DNA from: an uncultured delta proteobacterium
Lineage (GTDB): Bacteria > Myxococcota_A > Polyangia > Polyangiales > Polyangiaceae
Length of the DNA: 64,000 nucleotides
Assembly: GCA_963716725.1 (NCBI GenBank)
Contig: CAVQUB010000032.1
Location: 32,001-96,000 of the forward strand
Direction of reading: 5' to 3'
Positions within the stretch are counted from its first letter, which is position 1. The number at the start of each line of letters is the position of its first letter. A program made the position numbers and the translations under genes. Under the pieces are notes generated by a model. That model ran no database searches, had not been told where the DNA came from, and saw nothing but the letters and a program-made list of their open reading frames with translations. Of the stretch, positions 18,384-28,700 are shown piece by piece.

Positions 18384-19232
18384 TCAGGGTTCGCCGTCGA
18401 TCAGCGAGCCGTAGCCTTCGCGGAACGTTGGGTACGCCAGGGCGTAGCCCGTGCGACGGAGTCGGCTGTTCGAACACCGCTTGTGTCCGCCTCCGCGACG
18501 AGGGCTCTCTCCGGATCCCTCCACCGCGCGAGGGAGCGCTGCGCCGAGGCGCTCTGCAATCCAGACCATCACGTCGCGACGCGGCGCCGGCTCGTCGTCG
18601 ACGCCAAGGTAGATCGACTCCGGCGCTGAGACTCCAATCAGGTGAGCCAGCGCTCCCGCGCAGTCGTCCCGATGAAAGCGGTTGACGTAGCGCACGTCGC
18701 CTTCGTTCCAGGTCGCCTGCCCGCTCCGCGCTCCGGCCACCAGGCTCGCGCGACCCGGGCCGTAGATCCCGCCCAATCGCAGAATCACTCCGTCCGGGCG
18801 GCGCGCGAGCAACAGCGCCTCGGCCTCGAGCAGGGTGGCTCCGGAAAAGTGGCTGGCCGTTGCCGGTGAGGTCTCATCGACCCACGAGCCGTCGGTCTGG
18901 GCGTAGACAGCGGTGCTCGACGTGAAGAGCACGCGATCCGCTCGATCGCCGAGCGCGTCCAGCACGCTCGTCAGCGCATCGATGTAGGTTCGGCGATACG
19001 CTTCGGGGCGGCTCTCGCCCGGGCCAGCGCAGAAGATCAGCGCATCGAACTTTCCGCCCAGTGCTCGCAGCGCCGAGCGGTCGAGGAGATCCGCCGCGAT
19101 GCCTCTGACGCCGCGCGGCAGCCCGCCGGGGGAGCGGCGCACTGCCGAGACTTCGACCCCACGCCCGGCACAAAGCTCGCCGAGCCGCGCGCCGACGTAT
19201 CCGGCGCCCGCGATCAGGATCCGCTGGGCCAG
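18384..19232 (-). CDS. NAD-dependent epimerase/dehydratase (atypical SDR, YeeZ-like), probable CTG start
   Basis: RILIAGAGYVG Rossmann motif lies in frame upstream of the listed ORF start; FTSSTAVY, LRLGGIYGPGR, YPTFREG. Confidence 0.85.
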   Translation of the reverse strand: MAQRILIAGAGYVGARLGELCAGRGVEVSAVRRSPGGLPRGVRGIAADLLDRSALRALGGKFDALIFCAGPGESRPEAYRRTYIDALTSVLDALGDRADRVLFTSSTAVYAQTDGSWVDETSPATASHFSGATLLEAEALLLARRPDGVILRLGGIYGPGRASLVAGARSGQATWNEGDVRYVNRFHRDDCAGALAHLIGVSAPESIYLGVDDEPAPRRDVMVWIAERLGAALPRAVEGSGESPRRGGGHKRCSNSRLRRTGYALAYPTFREGYGSLIDGEP

Positions 19233-19295
19233 GGTGTCCGTCCTTTCGATACCTGTCCGCCGCCGCGTGCGGTGTATGCTCCGCAGTGCTCGAGC

Positions 19296-20099
19296 ATGCG
19301 CCTGCCCGTCTCACCCGAAGTCCAAGCACGCCTCGCCCGGCTCGAGTTGCCGTTCAACGCTGACGGCCTGGATCCGTATGGCATCGATCGTCGGCGCCTC
19401 GGCTTCATGTTCACGACCTTTGGGCTGTTCTACCAGCGATACTTCCGCTGTAGGGCCTTCGGTGTCCAGAACATCCCGAAGCAAGGCCGGGCCATGCTGG
19501 TCGGCAACCACTCCGGGGGCGTCGCCTTCGACGCCATGATGGTGATCGCGTCGTGCTTCTTCGAGCTCGAGCCGCCGCGCCTGGCCCAGGGCATGGTGGA
19601 GAAGTTCATCAATCGGCTGCCCTTCGCCTCGGAGTGGTCGAGCAAGACCGGTCAGTTCACTGGATTGCCCGAGCACGCCCTGCGCCTGTTGAATGAGGAC
19701 CGGCTGCTCATGGTCTTCCCCGAGGGCGCGCGCGGCACCGCCAAGCTGTTCGTCGAACGCTACAACCTGGTGCGTTTCGGGACGGGCTTCATGCGACTCG
19801 CGCTCGCCACCAAGACGCCCATCGTGCCCTTCGGATTTCTCGGGGGAGGCGAGGCGCTGCCGACAGTCGCGAATCTCGAGAAGATCGGGCGCCTGTTCGG
19901 GGCGCCGTACGTGCCCGTCACGCCCTATCTGCTGCCGATCCCGCTGCCCGTGCGGATGGAGGTCCACTACGGCCAGCCGATCATGCCGAGCGGTACCGGC
20001 GACGAGGACGACCAGGTGATCCTCGAGCAGGTGAACGCGGTAAAGGCCAGCATCCGCCACCTCATCGAACGCGGCCGGAAGAGCTACGAGGCAACATGA
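19296..20099 (+). CDS. Lysophospholipid/glycerol acyltransferase (PlsC family)
   Basis: NHSGGVAFD (HX5D-type motif), VFPEG, PIVP. Confidence 0.9.
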   Translation: MRLPVSPEVQARLARLELPFNADGLDPYGIDRRRLGFMFTTFGLFYQRYFRCRAFGVQNIPKQGRAMLVGNHSGGVAFDAMMVIASCFFELEPPRLAQGMVEKFINRLPFASEWSSKTGQFTGLPEHALRLLNEDRLLMVFPEGARGTAKLFVERYNLVRFGTGFMRLALATKTPIVPFGFLGGGEALPTVANLEKIGRLFGAPYVPVTPYLLPIPLPVRMEVHYGQPIMPSGTGDEDDQVILEQVNAVKASIRHLIERGRKSYEAT

Positions 20100-21016
20100 A
20101 AGTCCTGGTCACTGGCATTTCAGGCAGGATTGGCCAGCTCGTCTGCCACGCACTTCTGAAGGGTGGCCACCAGGTGGCCGGCATCGACCGTCGGCCTTGG
20201 CGAGGCTGTCCCGAAGGCGTCGTCGTTCACGAAAGTGACATCCGCAAGCGGGGCGCCGAAGACGCATTCCGCAGTGAGCGCCCTGACGCGCTGATTCACC
20301 TGGCTACGGTCACTCACCTGACAGCGCAGAGCGAGGACCGCTACCGCATCAACCTGGGCGGAACCAAGTCGGTCTTCGATTCTTGCGAGCGCTACGGGGT
20401 GAAGCAGGCGATCTTCGTCGGTCGACACACCTACTACGGAGCCGCGGCAGATTCTCCGCTCTACCACACCGAAGACGAGCCCCCGCTCGGGCTCGAGACC
20501 TTCCCGGAGCTCGCTGATCTCGTGGCCGCCGATCTATACGCGGGCACCACCCTGTGGCGCTTTCCGGAGATCGACACCGCCGTACTGCGGATCGTCTACA
20601 CCTTGGGTGCATCGCGTTCGGGGACTCTGGCGTCGTTCCTGAGAGGCCCCCGGGTCCCCGTCATCCTGGGCTACGATCCGCTTTTCCATTTCATGCACGA
20701 AGAAGACGTCGCGAATGCCATCGCGCTGGCCCTCGACAAGAAGCTTCGGGGAGTGTTCAACGTGGCGGGACCGCAGCCGCTGCCGCTCTCGGTGATCATC
20801 AGCCAGGCGGGAAAGCAGCCGCTCTTGGTCCCCGAACCGCTGTTTCGCGTGCTGCTGGGTCGTTTCGGGCTGCCGCGCTTACCCCGCGGCGCGCTCAATC
20901 ACATCAAATATGCAGTGGTGATCGATGACGCGTCATTTCGTGAAAAGACGGGATTTCGACACCAGCACGACGAGCACGCCACCCTGCAGGCCTTTCGCCG
21001 CGCGGTCGGGCAGTAG
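20096..21016 (+). CDS. NAD-dependent epimerase/dehydratase family protein
   Basis: VLVTGISGRIG, GYDPLFHFMHEEDVA, GVFNVAG. Confidence 0.88.
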   Translation: MKVLVTGISGRIGQLVCHALLKGGHQVAGIDRRPWRGCPEGVVVHESDIRKRGAEDAFRSERPDALIHLATVTHLTAQSEDRYRINLGGTKSVFDSCERYGVKQAIFVGRHTYYGAAADSPLYHTEDEPPLGLETFPELADLVAADLYAGTTLWRFPEIDTAVLRIVYTLGASRSGTLASFLRGPRVPVILGYDPLFHFMHEEDVANAIALALDKKLRGVFNVAGPQPLPLSVIISQAGKQPLLVPEPLFRVLLGRFGLPRLPRGALNHIKYAVVIDDASFREKTGFRHQHDEHATLQAFRRAVGQ

Positions 21017-21019
21017 CCC

Positions 21020-21493
21020 TCAGGGGTGCAAGGTGCGCCGCAGGCCCAGCACCTCGCGGATCTTCCAGATCAGATCGCCTTCGGCCTTGGTGATGCGAGC
21101 GCCGCCGGGAAACGGGCCAGCCGATGCGGCGGCGACGTGGTTGGCGAATTTGACCAAGAGCTCCGAGTAAGCGACAGCGTCGGCCTCCCCGACTCGCGTC
21201 AGCAGTACCGCGTAGAGTTCTCGCAGGTGTGCGTCCAGCTCGGCCTCTGAGATACTGCTGGCACCGTGGGCCTGGGCGGGCGTCGGGCGCGCCGCGGTCG
21301 CAAACGCTGCATGTATCCATGAGCCGCTCGGTGACTGCGCGGCGCAGCGATCGAGCCATTTGCCGAAGGCGACCTCCTCTTCGTCGAAGGAATCGACCGC
21401 CACGTCCACGCTGAGCATGACCAGGTAGACCTCCAGCGGGATATCCGTCACGAGGTCCCACTCGTCCTCGGTGAAGCCGAAGTGCTCACTCAC
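21020..21493 (-). CDS. Hypothetical helical protein, possibly TerB-like
   Basis: FTEDEW start, C-terminal VAAASAG.FPGGARITKAE...IREVLG; coding-like codon usage. Confidence 0.6.
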   Translation of the reverse strand: MSEHFGFTEDEWDLVTDIPLEVYLVMLSVDVAVDSFDEEEVAFGKWLDRCAAQSPSGSWIHAAFATAARPTPAQAHGASSISEAELDAHLRELYAVLLTRVGEADAVAYSELLVKFANHVAAASAGPFPGGARITKAEGDLIWKIREVLGLRRTLHP

Positions 21494-21551
21494 TCAGAAA
21501 TTCTCGACGATGGCGGGGGAGTCGTCGAGCGCGAACTTTGCGCCGCCCCGG

Positions 21552-23060
21552 TCAAGCCGCCAAGCGCTGCACTTCGATGCGTTCTGCCACTCGCGTGGCC
21601 AAGGCCATGATGGTGATTTGTGGGTTCACGCCGATGGCGGTGGGGAAGAGGCTCGCGTCCGCGACGTACAGCCCAGGCAGATCCCAAAGCTGCCCCGAGA
21701 GGTCGACCACCGAGCGGTCGGGGCGAGCGCCCATGCGAGCGGTGCCCATCAAATGCGGAGTGAAGAGTTCGAGGGTGCTGGGGTCTCGCTGGTGCTCGTC
21801 GATCTTCCGGAGATCATCCGCGCTCTGGGCCAGGTGCTGGTTGAAGAAGGGCAACAGGACCTTCTCTGCTCCCATCGCGAAGTGCATTTCGGCCAGCAGC
21901 TTCACCCCCCGCAAGAAGCGACGATGGTCCAGCGCAGTGATCGAGTAGCGCGGGATCGGCGGCCCAAAGAGGCCGCGCGACACGCTTCCGGACGACGAGT
22001 CTTCGACGAGCACGCCCGACACGACCATCTGGTTGTAGCGCTGCATCAGCTCCCAAGCCTGGTCTCCGTGGACCGGCAGGTAGGCGCCGAGCACGCTGGG
22101 GGTCACGAAGTTCTCGGCCATCAGGATGCCGTCTTCGTGAAAGTGGCGAATCTGGGAGCTTTGACTGACCCCGCGCCAGCCTTGGATGTCGTGAGGGTAG
22201 ATCGCGACGACCTTGGCGTTGGGGTGGCAGTGGAAGTTCTTCCCAAGCTGGCGGCTTGGGCGACCGAGCTTGTGTCCGAGCAACAAGTACGGCGTCTGAA
22301 TCGCCCCGCAGGACACTACCACCGCGCGAGCGCGCACACGCACCTCAGCGCCTGCACGCCGGGTGCGAGGGCAGACGGCCCGGGCGATGACGCCGACCGC
22401 GCGGCCCGCTTCAATCCAGAGGCGCTCGACCTTGAGCTCCGTGAGGCAGCGCGCTCCGGCGGCGAGCGCCCGTGGCATGTAAGTGACGAGCGTGGACTGC
22501 TTCGCGCCAGTAGGGCAGCCGAACCCGCAGTTGTTGGCGCCGACGCAGGCCTGTTGATTGCGCTGGTTGACCGTGTATGACCAACCCATCTTCCTCGCGC
22601 CATCCGTCATCACGCGGTTGTCGTCGCCGATGCTCTCGGGAAGTTGAGGACCGACCGACACCTGCTTCTCGACGCGCTCGAAGAGCGGCTCGAGAGCACG
22701 CGCGCTGAGATCGGGGCTGATTTTGGCCCACTGGTCGAGAACACGTTCTGGTGGTCGGTAGGCCATTCCGCCGTTGATCGTGGTGCTGCCGCCGACGCAA
22801 CGCCCCTCGACGTAGGGGATCGGCGGATTGCCGAGGATGACCGTGGCAGCCGCGTCGCGATAGAGGCGCGGGATGCTCTCGCTGCTGTAGGGGTTGAAAG
22901 CGTCGGTGCTGACCCAGCTGCCTTCTTCTACGAACAAGACGTCGCGACCGCTCTCGGCCAGCTCGGTCCCTACCACCGCCCCGCCGGCGCCGGTGCCGAC
23001 CACGACCACGTCGGCGGAGAAACTCCGCTCTCGCTCGTAGTCCGAATGGGAGAGGATCAT
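21552..23060 (-). CDS. GMC family oxidoreductase
   Basis: DVVVVGTGAGG, GRCVGGSTTINGG, HLMGTARMG, DASLFPTAIGVNPQITIMALA. Confidence 0.92.
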   Translation of the reverse strand: MILSHSDYERERSFSADVVVVGTGAGGAVVGTELAESGRDVLFVEEGSWVSTDAFNPYSSESIPRLYRDAAATVILGNPPIPYVEGRCVGGSTTINGGMAYRPPERVLDQWAKISPDLSARALEPLFERVEKQVSVGPQLPESIGDDNRVMTDGARKMGWSYTVNQRNQQACVGANNCGFGCPTGAKQSTLVTYMPRALAAGARCLTELKVERLWIEAGRAVGVIARAVCPRTRRAGAEVRVRARAVVVSCGAIQTPYLLLGHKLGRPSRQLGKNFHCHPNAKVVAIYPHDIQGWRGVSQSSQIRHFHEDGILMAENFVTPSVLGAYLPVHGDQAWELMQRYNQMVVSGVLVEDSSSGSVSRGLFGPPIPRYSITALDHRRFLRGVKLLAEMHFAMGAEKVLLPFFNQHLAQSADDLRKIDEHQRDPSTLELFTPHLMGTARMGARPDRSVVDLSGQLWDLPGLYVADASLFPTAIGVNPQITIMALATRVAERIEVQRLAA

Positions 23061-23635
23061 CGTACACCTCCGACGCGCACTGGTGGCGCAGCGACCAACT
23101 GCTTGCGGCGCTCGACGCGCTCTCGCAAGAACGGCAACGGCGCGTAGCCCAAGGCTTCGTGCACCTCGTCTTGATCGAAGTAGGCGCTGAGCACGAGCCC
23201 GCGCACGGCGACGACCACCGTCCGCAAGAGCGCGAAGCGTCCGGATACCATCTCGGACAAGAGGCGCGAGGCGCGCGCCCGCCCTAGCGCGTGCAATCGC
23301 TTCACGCTCACGAACAGAAAGCGAGGCGCCCAGTCCAGCAGCCACAGGCAGAGCCGGAAGCCCCAAGCGGCGAGGGGGTGCATGTAGCGCATGTGTCGTC
23401 GGACGTGGAACTCGACGCGAGCGAACAGCTCGGGCGAGCTGGGCGCGGGAGCCGAGGGGCATAGCGTGACGATCAACGCGCGCAGCGCGCGCAGCGTAGC
23501 TGGACCGAGGGCGCTCGGGTCGGCGATCCGCCAGCCGTCGTCCGGGTGGCGTGAGAGCGGCGCGCTAGCAGTTTGCAGCGGGAGGCGCTTCTTGCGCACC
23601 TGGCTGGTCTCGAACGCTCCGCTCTCGTCGGTCAT
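23057..23635 (-). CDS. Small partner protein of the GMC oxidoreductase (gluconate-2-DH subunit 3-like)
   Basis: C-terminal LVLSAYF..EV.EALGY; translationally coupled to the GMC gene. Confidence 0.6.
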   Translation of the reverse strand: MTDESGAFETSQVRKKRLPLQTASAPLSRHPDDGWRIADPSALGPATLRALRALIVTLCPSAPAPSSPELFARVEFHVRRHMRYMHPLAAWGFRLCLWLLDWAPRFLFVSVKRLHALGRARASRLLSEMVSGRFALLRTVVVAVRGLVLSAYFDQDEVHEALGYAPLPFLRERVERRKQLVAAPPVRVGGVR

Positions 23636-24408
23636 GGGCTCCTCTTTCGCTTGCGTGGTTCCGGCCCGTCCGCTGTGCTCACTCGGTCGCCGAGCGCGCC
23701 TTGCATGGCCTTGGTGAAATTCTGATCCACCCTTCGGTAGTAGGCGCGGGTGACCTCGATGGCGCGCTCTTCGCTACCGGCATCGAGAGCGGCGATGAAG
23801 TCCCGCAGGTGTTGCGGAAAGCTCGGCTCGAGCACCCAAAGCGCCGGGTAGCGGTCGATGATGTTGCGATACGCATCGAGGAACGGGTTCGCCACCCAGC
23901 GGACCGCGGTCGAGTGCCCGGCGTCGATCAGAGCCTCGAGCCAACGCTGAAAGCCGTGGGCGATGACGACTTGATCGCCACGCTCGAAGGCCGGGATCAA
24001 GAGCTCGGTGATGTCTCGGAGCCGCTCGATGTCGCTGTTGTTGGCGCGGCGCACGGCAAGACGAGCTGCGAACTCGAGCACCAGCAAGCGCGCGGGCAGG
24101 ATGTCTTCGAGGATGTGGAAGAGCTCCGCGGGATCTGGCGCCGACTCGAGGAATGCCGGCAGTAGCTCCATCGTCCCGGTGCGCCGAAAATCGGCGACCG
24201 TCACGCCCTGCCCGTGCCTCACCGTGACGAGTCGCGCTTGCTCCAGGCGACGCACCGCCTCGCGCAGCGTGTTGCGGTTGGTGTTGTATTTCGACGCGAG
24301 CTCTCGCTCACCGGGTAAGCGTTCTCCAGCGGACAGCTCCCCGCTCAAGATCTGACGGCGCAGATCTGCGTAGACGGTGCTCTCGATCTTGGAAGCGGGT
24401 TCGGCCAT
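23632..24408 (-). CDS. GntR/FadR family transcriptional regulator
   Basis: GERLPGERELA...RNTLREAVRRLE...VRHGQG winged HTH plus FCD-like C-terminus. Confidence 0.92.
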   Translation of the reverse strand: MAEPASKIESTVYADLRRQILSGELSAGERLPGERELASKYNTNRNTLREAVRRLEQARLVTVRHGQGVTVADFRRTGTMELLPAFLESAPDPAELFHILEDILPARLLVLEFAARLAVRRANNSDIERLRDITELLIPAFERGDQVVIAHGFQRWLEALIDAGHSTAVRWVANPFLDAYRNIIDRYPALWVLEPSFPQHLRDFIAALDAGSEERAIEVTRAYYRRVDQNFTKAMQGALGDRVSTADGPEPRKRKRSP

Positions 24409-24440
24409 GGCGGTGCCTTCAGGTTGGGGACCCAAGGGCG

Positions 24441-24481
24441 ACTGGTTGAACCAATGATAGCTGGTTCAACCAGTTAGTCAA
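24441..24481 (-). promoter_or_regulatory. sigma70-type promoter (TTGACT-N16-TATCAT) with two FadR-type operators (TGGT-N3-ACCA) flanking the -10
   Basis: ACTGGTTGAACCA (24441-24453) and TGGTTCAACCAGT (24462-24474) form a perfect 13-bp inverted repeat upstream of the GntR gene. Confidence 0.75.
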
Positions 24482-24784
24482 GGCCGCCTCTGGGTCGTGG
24501 TTGAACCCCTTTCCCTCGGCCCGGGGGGCGCTGCCAAGCACCGAGGCAAAACCGCGAAAATCGGGCAGTTTTGCGCGGGGGTGCTGGCGGATTTACAGGA
24601 AGGCGGGAAGGGGATTCTTGGGCGCGCGGCGCAGGCTCACAGATGGTGAGCAGGTCGGTGTCGGTCCCCGATCACCGGTGCGGACCAGCGCTCGAACCTT
24701 CTCGCCTTCCTGTTTCATTCCGCCCTGTCGGTCAGCTGCGCACTGCGGCCCGGGGCCTGCGATGCAAGCGGGGATGGGCGGTAC

Positions 24785-25786
24785 TCAGCGGGCGCTATTC
24801 GACCAGGTCTGCAGGATCTGAATGTAGTTGGCGCGTTCGTAGGCGCGCGGATCGGGGCAGCGCAGCAGGCTCATGCTGCCGTGCATCTGCGCGACCGACT
24901 CGTATTCGTGCGTTTCGAGCCAGCCCTCGAGGCCGGCCAGCATGGTTGCGAAATGCCCGGGCCCGTGGCGGAGAACGGCGCTCACGATCTGGACGGCGTT
25001 GGCGCCGGCCATGATGGCTTTGACCGCGTCGGTGGGCTCGTGCACGCCGCCGGTGACCGCGAGGGATTTGGCGAAGCGTCCGTGCAAGATGGCGAGCCAG
25101 CGCAAGCGCAAGAGCAGCTCGCTCGAGCTCGAGAGTTGGAGCTGATGGCGGATCTCGAGCTCCTCGACGTCGATGTCCGGCTGGTAGAAGCGGTTGAACA
25201 CCACGAGTCCCGCCACACCAGCGTCGGTGAGGCGCTTGGCGAAATGCGACAGCGCAGTGTGAAAGGGCGAGAGCTTGACTGCCAGTGGAACTTGGATGCT
25301 TTGCTGGATGTCCGCCACCATCGACGAAATGCGGGCCTCGATATCCTCGGCGCTCTCTTCGACGTCGGCGGCGAGCTGGTACACGTTGAGTTCGAGGGCG
25401 TCCGCGCCCGCGTCCTGCATCAGCTTCGCGTAGCGCAGCCAGCCGCGCGGCGTCACGCCGTTCAGCGAGCCGATGACGGGGACATCGAGTTCGCGTTTCA
25501 TCCGCGCGAGGGCCTCCAGATACTCCGCGGGGCCGAGCGCGTAGCCGACGGGCGGCACAAGCCAGCCGTCGGCCTCGGCGAATTCGCCGCGGCCCGGGCC
25601 TGCGTGCCGATCGTGGGCGAGCTCTTCAGCAGCGAGTTGCTCTTCGAAGAGCGAATGCATCACCACGGCCGCTGCGCCGGCGTCCACCGCGCGCCGGACC
25701 GCGTCGAGGTCGTGAGCCAGCGGGGAGGCACCCAGCACCAGAGGGTTCTTCAGCGTCAGACCCAGGTAGCGAGTCGAAAGATCCAT
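24785..25786 (-). CDS. Dihydroorotate dehydrogenase-like FMN protein (nifJ-associated type)
   Basis: MDLSTRYLGLTLKNP, SLFEEQ, ADALELN, VKLSP, FNRFYQPDID, YERANY. Confidence 0.88.
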   Translation of the reverse strand: MDLSTRYLGLTLKNPLVLGASPLAHDLDAVRRAVDAGAAAVVMHSLFEEQLAAEELAHDRHAGPGRGEFAEADGWLVPPVGYALGPAEYLEALARMKRELDVPVIGSLNGVTPRGWLRYAKLMQDAGADALELNVYQLAADVEESAEDIEARISSMVADIQQSIQVPLAVKLSPFHTALSHFAKRLTDAGVAGLVVFNRFYQPDIDVEELEIRHQLQLSSSSELLLRLRWLAILHGRFAKSLAVTGGVHEPTDAVKAIMAGANAVQIVSAVLRHGPGHFATMLAGLEGWLETHEYESVAQMHGSMSLLRCPDPRAYERANYIQILQTWSNSAR

Positions 25787-25787
25787 G

Positions 25788-28700
25788 TCATTTCTCCGTG
25801 GGCAGCGAGAAGCGCGCGAGCTCACCGTACAGCACCAGGCGTCGCTTGGCGTCCTGCTCCGCCTCCTTCATCAGCTTGGCGAAGCGTGTCGGGTTGGCGC
25901 GCTCCACCATGCTGTAGCGCGCCTCGTTTCGGGCGTACTCGAGCAGGTTGCCCTTGGGGGGCCCCGAGTCCAGCTGCAATGGCGGGTCGCCTCGATCCGT
26001 GCGCTGGGGATCGTAGCGGAAGAGGTTCCACACCCCGGACTCGACCGCGAGCTTCTGCTGCCGTGGGCCGTGGACCAAATCGTAGCCGTGAGCGATGCAG
26101 TGGCTGTAGGCGATGATGATCGAAGGCCCGTCGTGGGCCTCGGCCTCGACGAAGGCGCGCACTGTCTGGGCGTCCTTGGCCCCGTAGGCGACGCGTGCCA
26201 CGTAGACGTGACCGTAGCTCATGGCGATCAGGCCAAGGTCCTTCTTTGCGATGGACTTGCCGCTGGACGCGAACTTGGCCGACGCGCCCCGCGGCGTCGC
26301 CTTGGACTGTTGGCCACCGGTGTTGGAATAGACCTCGGTGTCGAGCACGAGCACGTTGACGTTCTTGTCCGACGCCAGGACGTGGTCGAGACCGCCAAAT
26401 CCAATGTCGTAGGCCCAACCGTCGCCGCCGACGATCCAGACGCTCTTTTCGACGAGGTAGTCGGCGACCTGATTCAGCTGCCGTGCGTCGAGGGAGCTTT
26501 GCGAGGCCAGCTTGCCACGCAGCGCTTGGACTCGGTCCCGTTGGGCGATGATCCCAGCTTCGTCGGCCTGCCGCGCGTCGAGGATGCCTTGGGCGAGCTC
26601 ACCGCCGATGACGCTCTCGAGAGAGCGAACGAGGTGCTGGGCGCGTTCCCGGAGATAATCGACCGAGAGGCGCATTCCGAAGCCGAACTCCGCGTTGTCT
26701 TCGAAGAGGGAGTTCGACCAGGCCGGTCCGCGCCCGTCTCGATTGGTGGTGTATGGGGTGGTCGGCAAGTTGCCGCCGTAGATAGACGAGCAACCCGTGG
26801 CGTTGGCGATCAGGAGCCGGTCACCAAAGAGCTGGGTAAGTAGTTTGACGTAGGGCGTTTCGCCGCAGCCCGAGCAGGCGCCCGAGTACTCGAACAAGGG
26901 CTCGAGCAGCTGGCTCTCTTTCACGTCGAGCTTGACGCTCTGTCGCTGCACTTCGGGCAGCTTCAGGAAGAAGTCATAGTTTTCGCGCTCGACGGCCCGC
27001 AGCGGCGCCTGGGGCGCCATGTCGATGGCCTTGTGGCGTGGGTTCGACTTGTCTTTGGCGGGACAGACCGCCACACACACACCGCAGCCCGTGCAGTCCT
27101 CGGGCGCGACCTGGAGCGTGTAGCTCTTGCCCGCGAACTCGCCGCTCTTCCACTGGGTGCTCTTGAACGTCGATGGCGCGTGGGTCGAACTCTCCGCGTC
27201 ATACACTTTGGCGCGAATTGCGGCGTGCGGGCAGACCATCGCGCACTTGTTGCACTGAATGCAGAGGGGCGCGTCCCACACCGGGATCTCTTGGGCGAGG
27301 TTGCGCTTTTCAAAACGCGCGGTGCCCACCGGCCAGGTGCCGTCGACCGGAAACGCGCTGACCGGCAGCAGATCGCCCTTGCCAGCGAGGATCATGGCCG
27401 AGACCCGCTGGACGAAGTCGGGAGCTTCGACCGGGACTGGTGGCGTTCGGCGTTGGCCCTTCGCTTCGCCGGATGGCGGCGAGAAGCGCGCGAGCCGGTC
27501 GAGCGCGGCGCGGGCCGCGGCCACGTTCCGGTGGACGAGCTCGTCGCCCCGCGAGCCGTAGCTCTTCTTGATGGAATCTTCGATCTGACGAAGGGCTTCG
27601 TCCCGGGGCAGCGCGCCGGAAAGCACGAAGAAGCAGGTCTGCATCACGGTGTTGATGCGGCCGCCGAGCCCGTGCTCGCGCGCGAGCTCGTGCGCGTCGA
27701 TGACGTGACACTCCAGCTTCTTGTCCAAGATGGTCGTTTGCACTTCGCGAGGCAGCGCGTCCCAGAGCTCCGAGCCGCTGTGCGGGGCGTTGAGCAAGAA
27801 GATCGACCCCTCGCGCGCAGTGGCCAAGACGTCGTAGCGGTCGAGCAGGTCGAACTGATGGCAGGCGACGAGTTCGGCTTCGTCGATCAGGTAGGGAGCA
27901 CGGATGTGCTGCGGACCGAAGCGCAGGTGCGAAACGGTCACGGCGCCCGACTTCTTCGAGTCGTAGACGAAATAGCCTTGGGCGTGGCCTGAGGTTTCTT
28001 CGCCGATGATCTTGATGGAGCTCTTGTTGGCGCCGACGGTGCCGTCGGAGCCGAGGCCCCAGAACACCGCGCTGTAGGTCTCGCCTTGGGGGACGTGGAA
28101 GCTCGGATCGACCTCGAGCGAAAGATTCGACACGTCGTCGACGATGCCGACCGTGAACACCGGCTTGGCCGAGGGCCTTCCGAGCTCGTCGAAGACGGCC
28201 TTTGCCATGGCTGGCGTGAACTCTTTGGACGAGAGCCCGTAGCGCCCCGCGACGACGCGCGGCTTGGGTGATCTCGTCGCGTCGTTGGCCAGGGTTGCCA
28301 CGACGTCCAAGTAGAGCGGCTCGCCGGGGGCACCCGGCTCCTTGGTTCGGTCGAGTACCGCGATGCTTCGAACCGACTCGGGCAGCGCACTCAGGAGGTG
28401 GGTCGGGGAAAAAGGCCGATAGAGCCGGACCTTGAGCACGCCGACGCGCTCACCGCCCGCCACCATGGTTTCGACCGTCGAGTGCACCGTCTCGGCGCCG
28501 GAGCCCATGATCACGATCACGCGGTCGGCGTCAGGGTGCCCGACGTAGTCGAACAACCGGTAGCGCCTGCCGGTCTCTCGCTCGAACTCGGACATCGCCG
28601 TTTCGACGATTCCCGGGCACGCCGTGTAGAAGCCGTTGATGGCCTCGCGCGCTTGGAAGAACGTGTCGGGATTCTGCGCCGTGCCGCGCAGCACGGGCCG

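Noticed and set aside
24593..24718. Short minus-strand ORF MKQEGEKVRALVRTG..., reminiscent of an SDR fragment
   Set aside because: About 40 codons, similarity limited to a few residues; cannot be supported without a search
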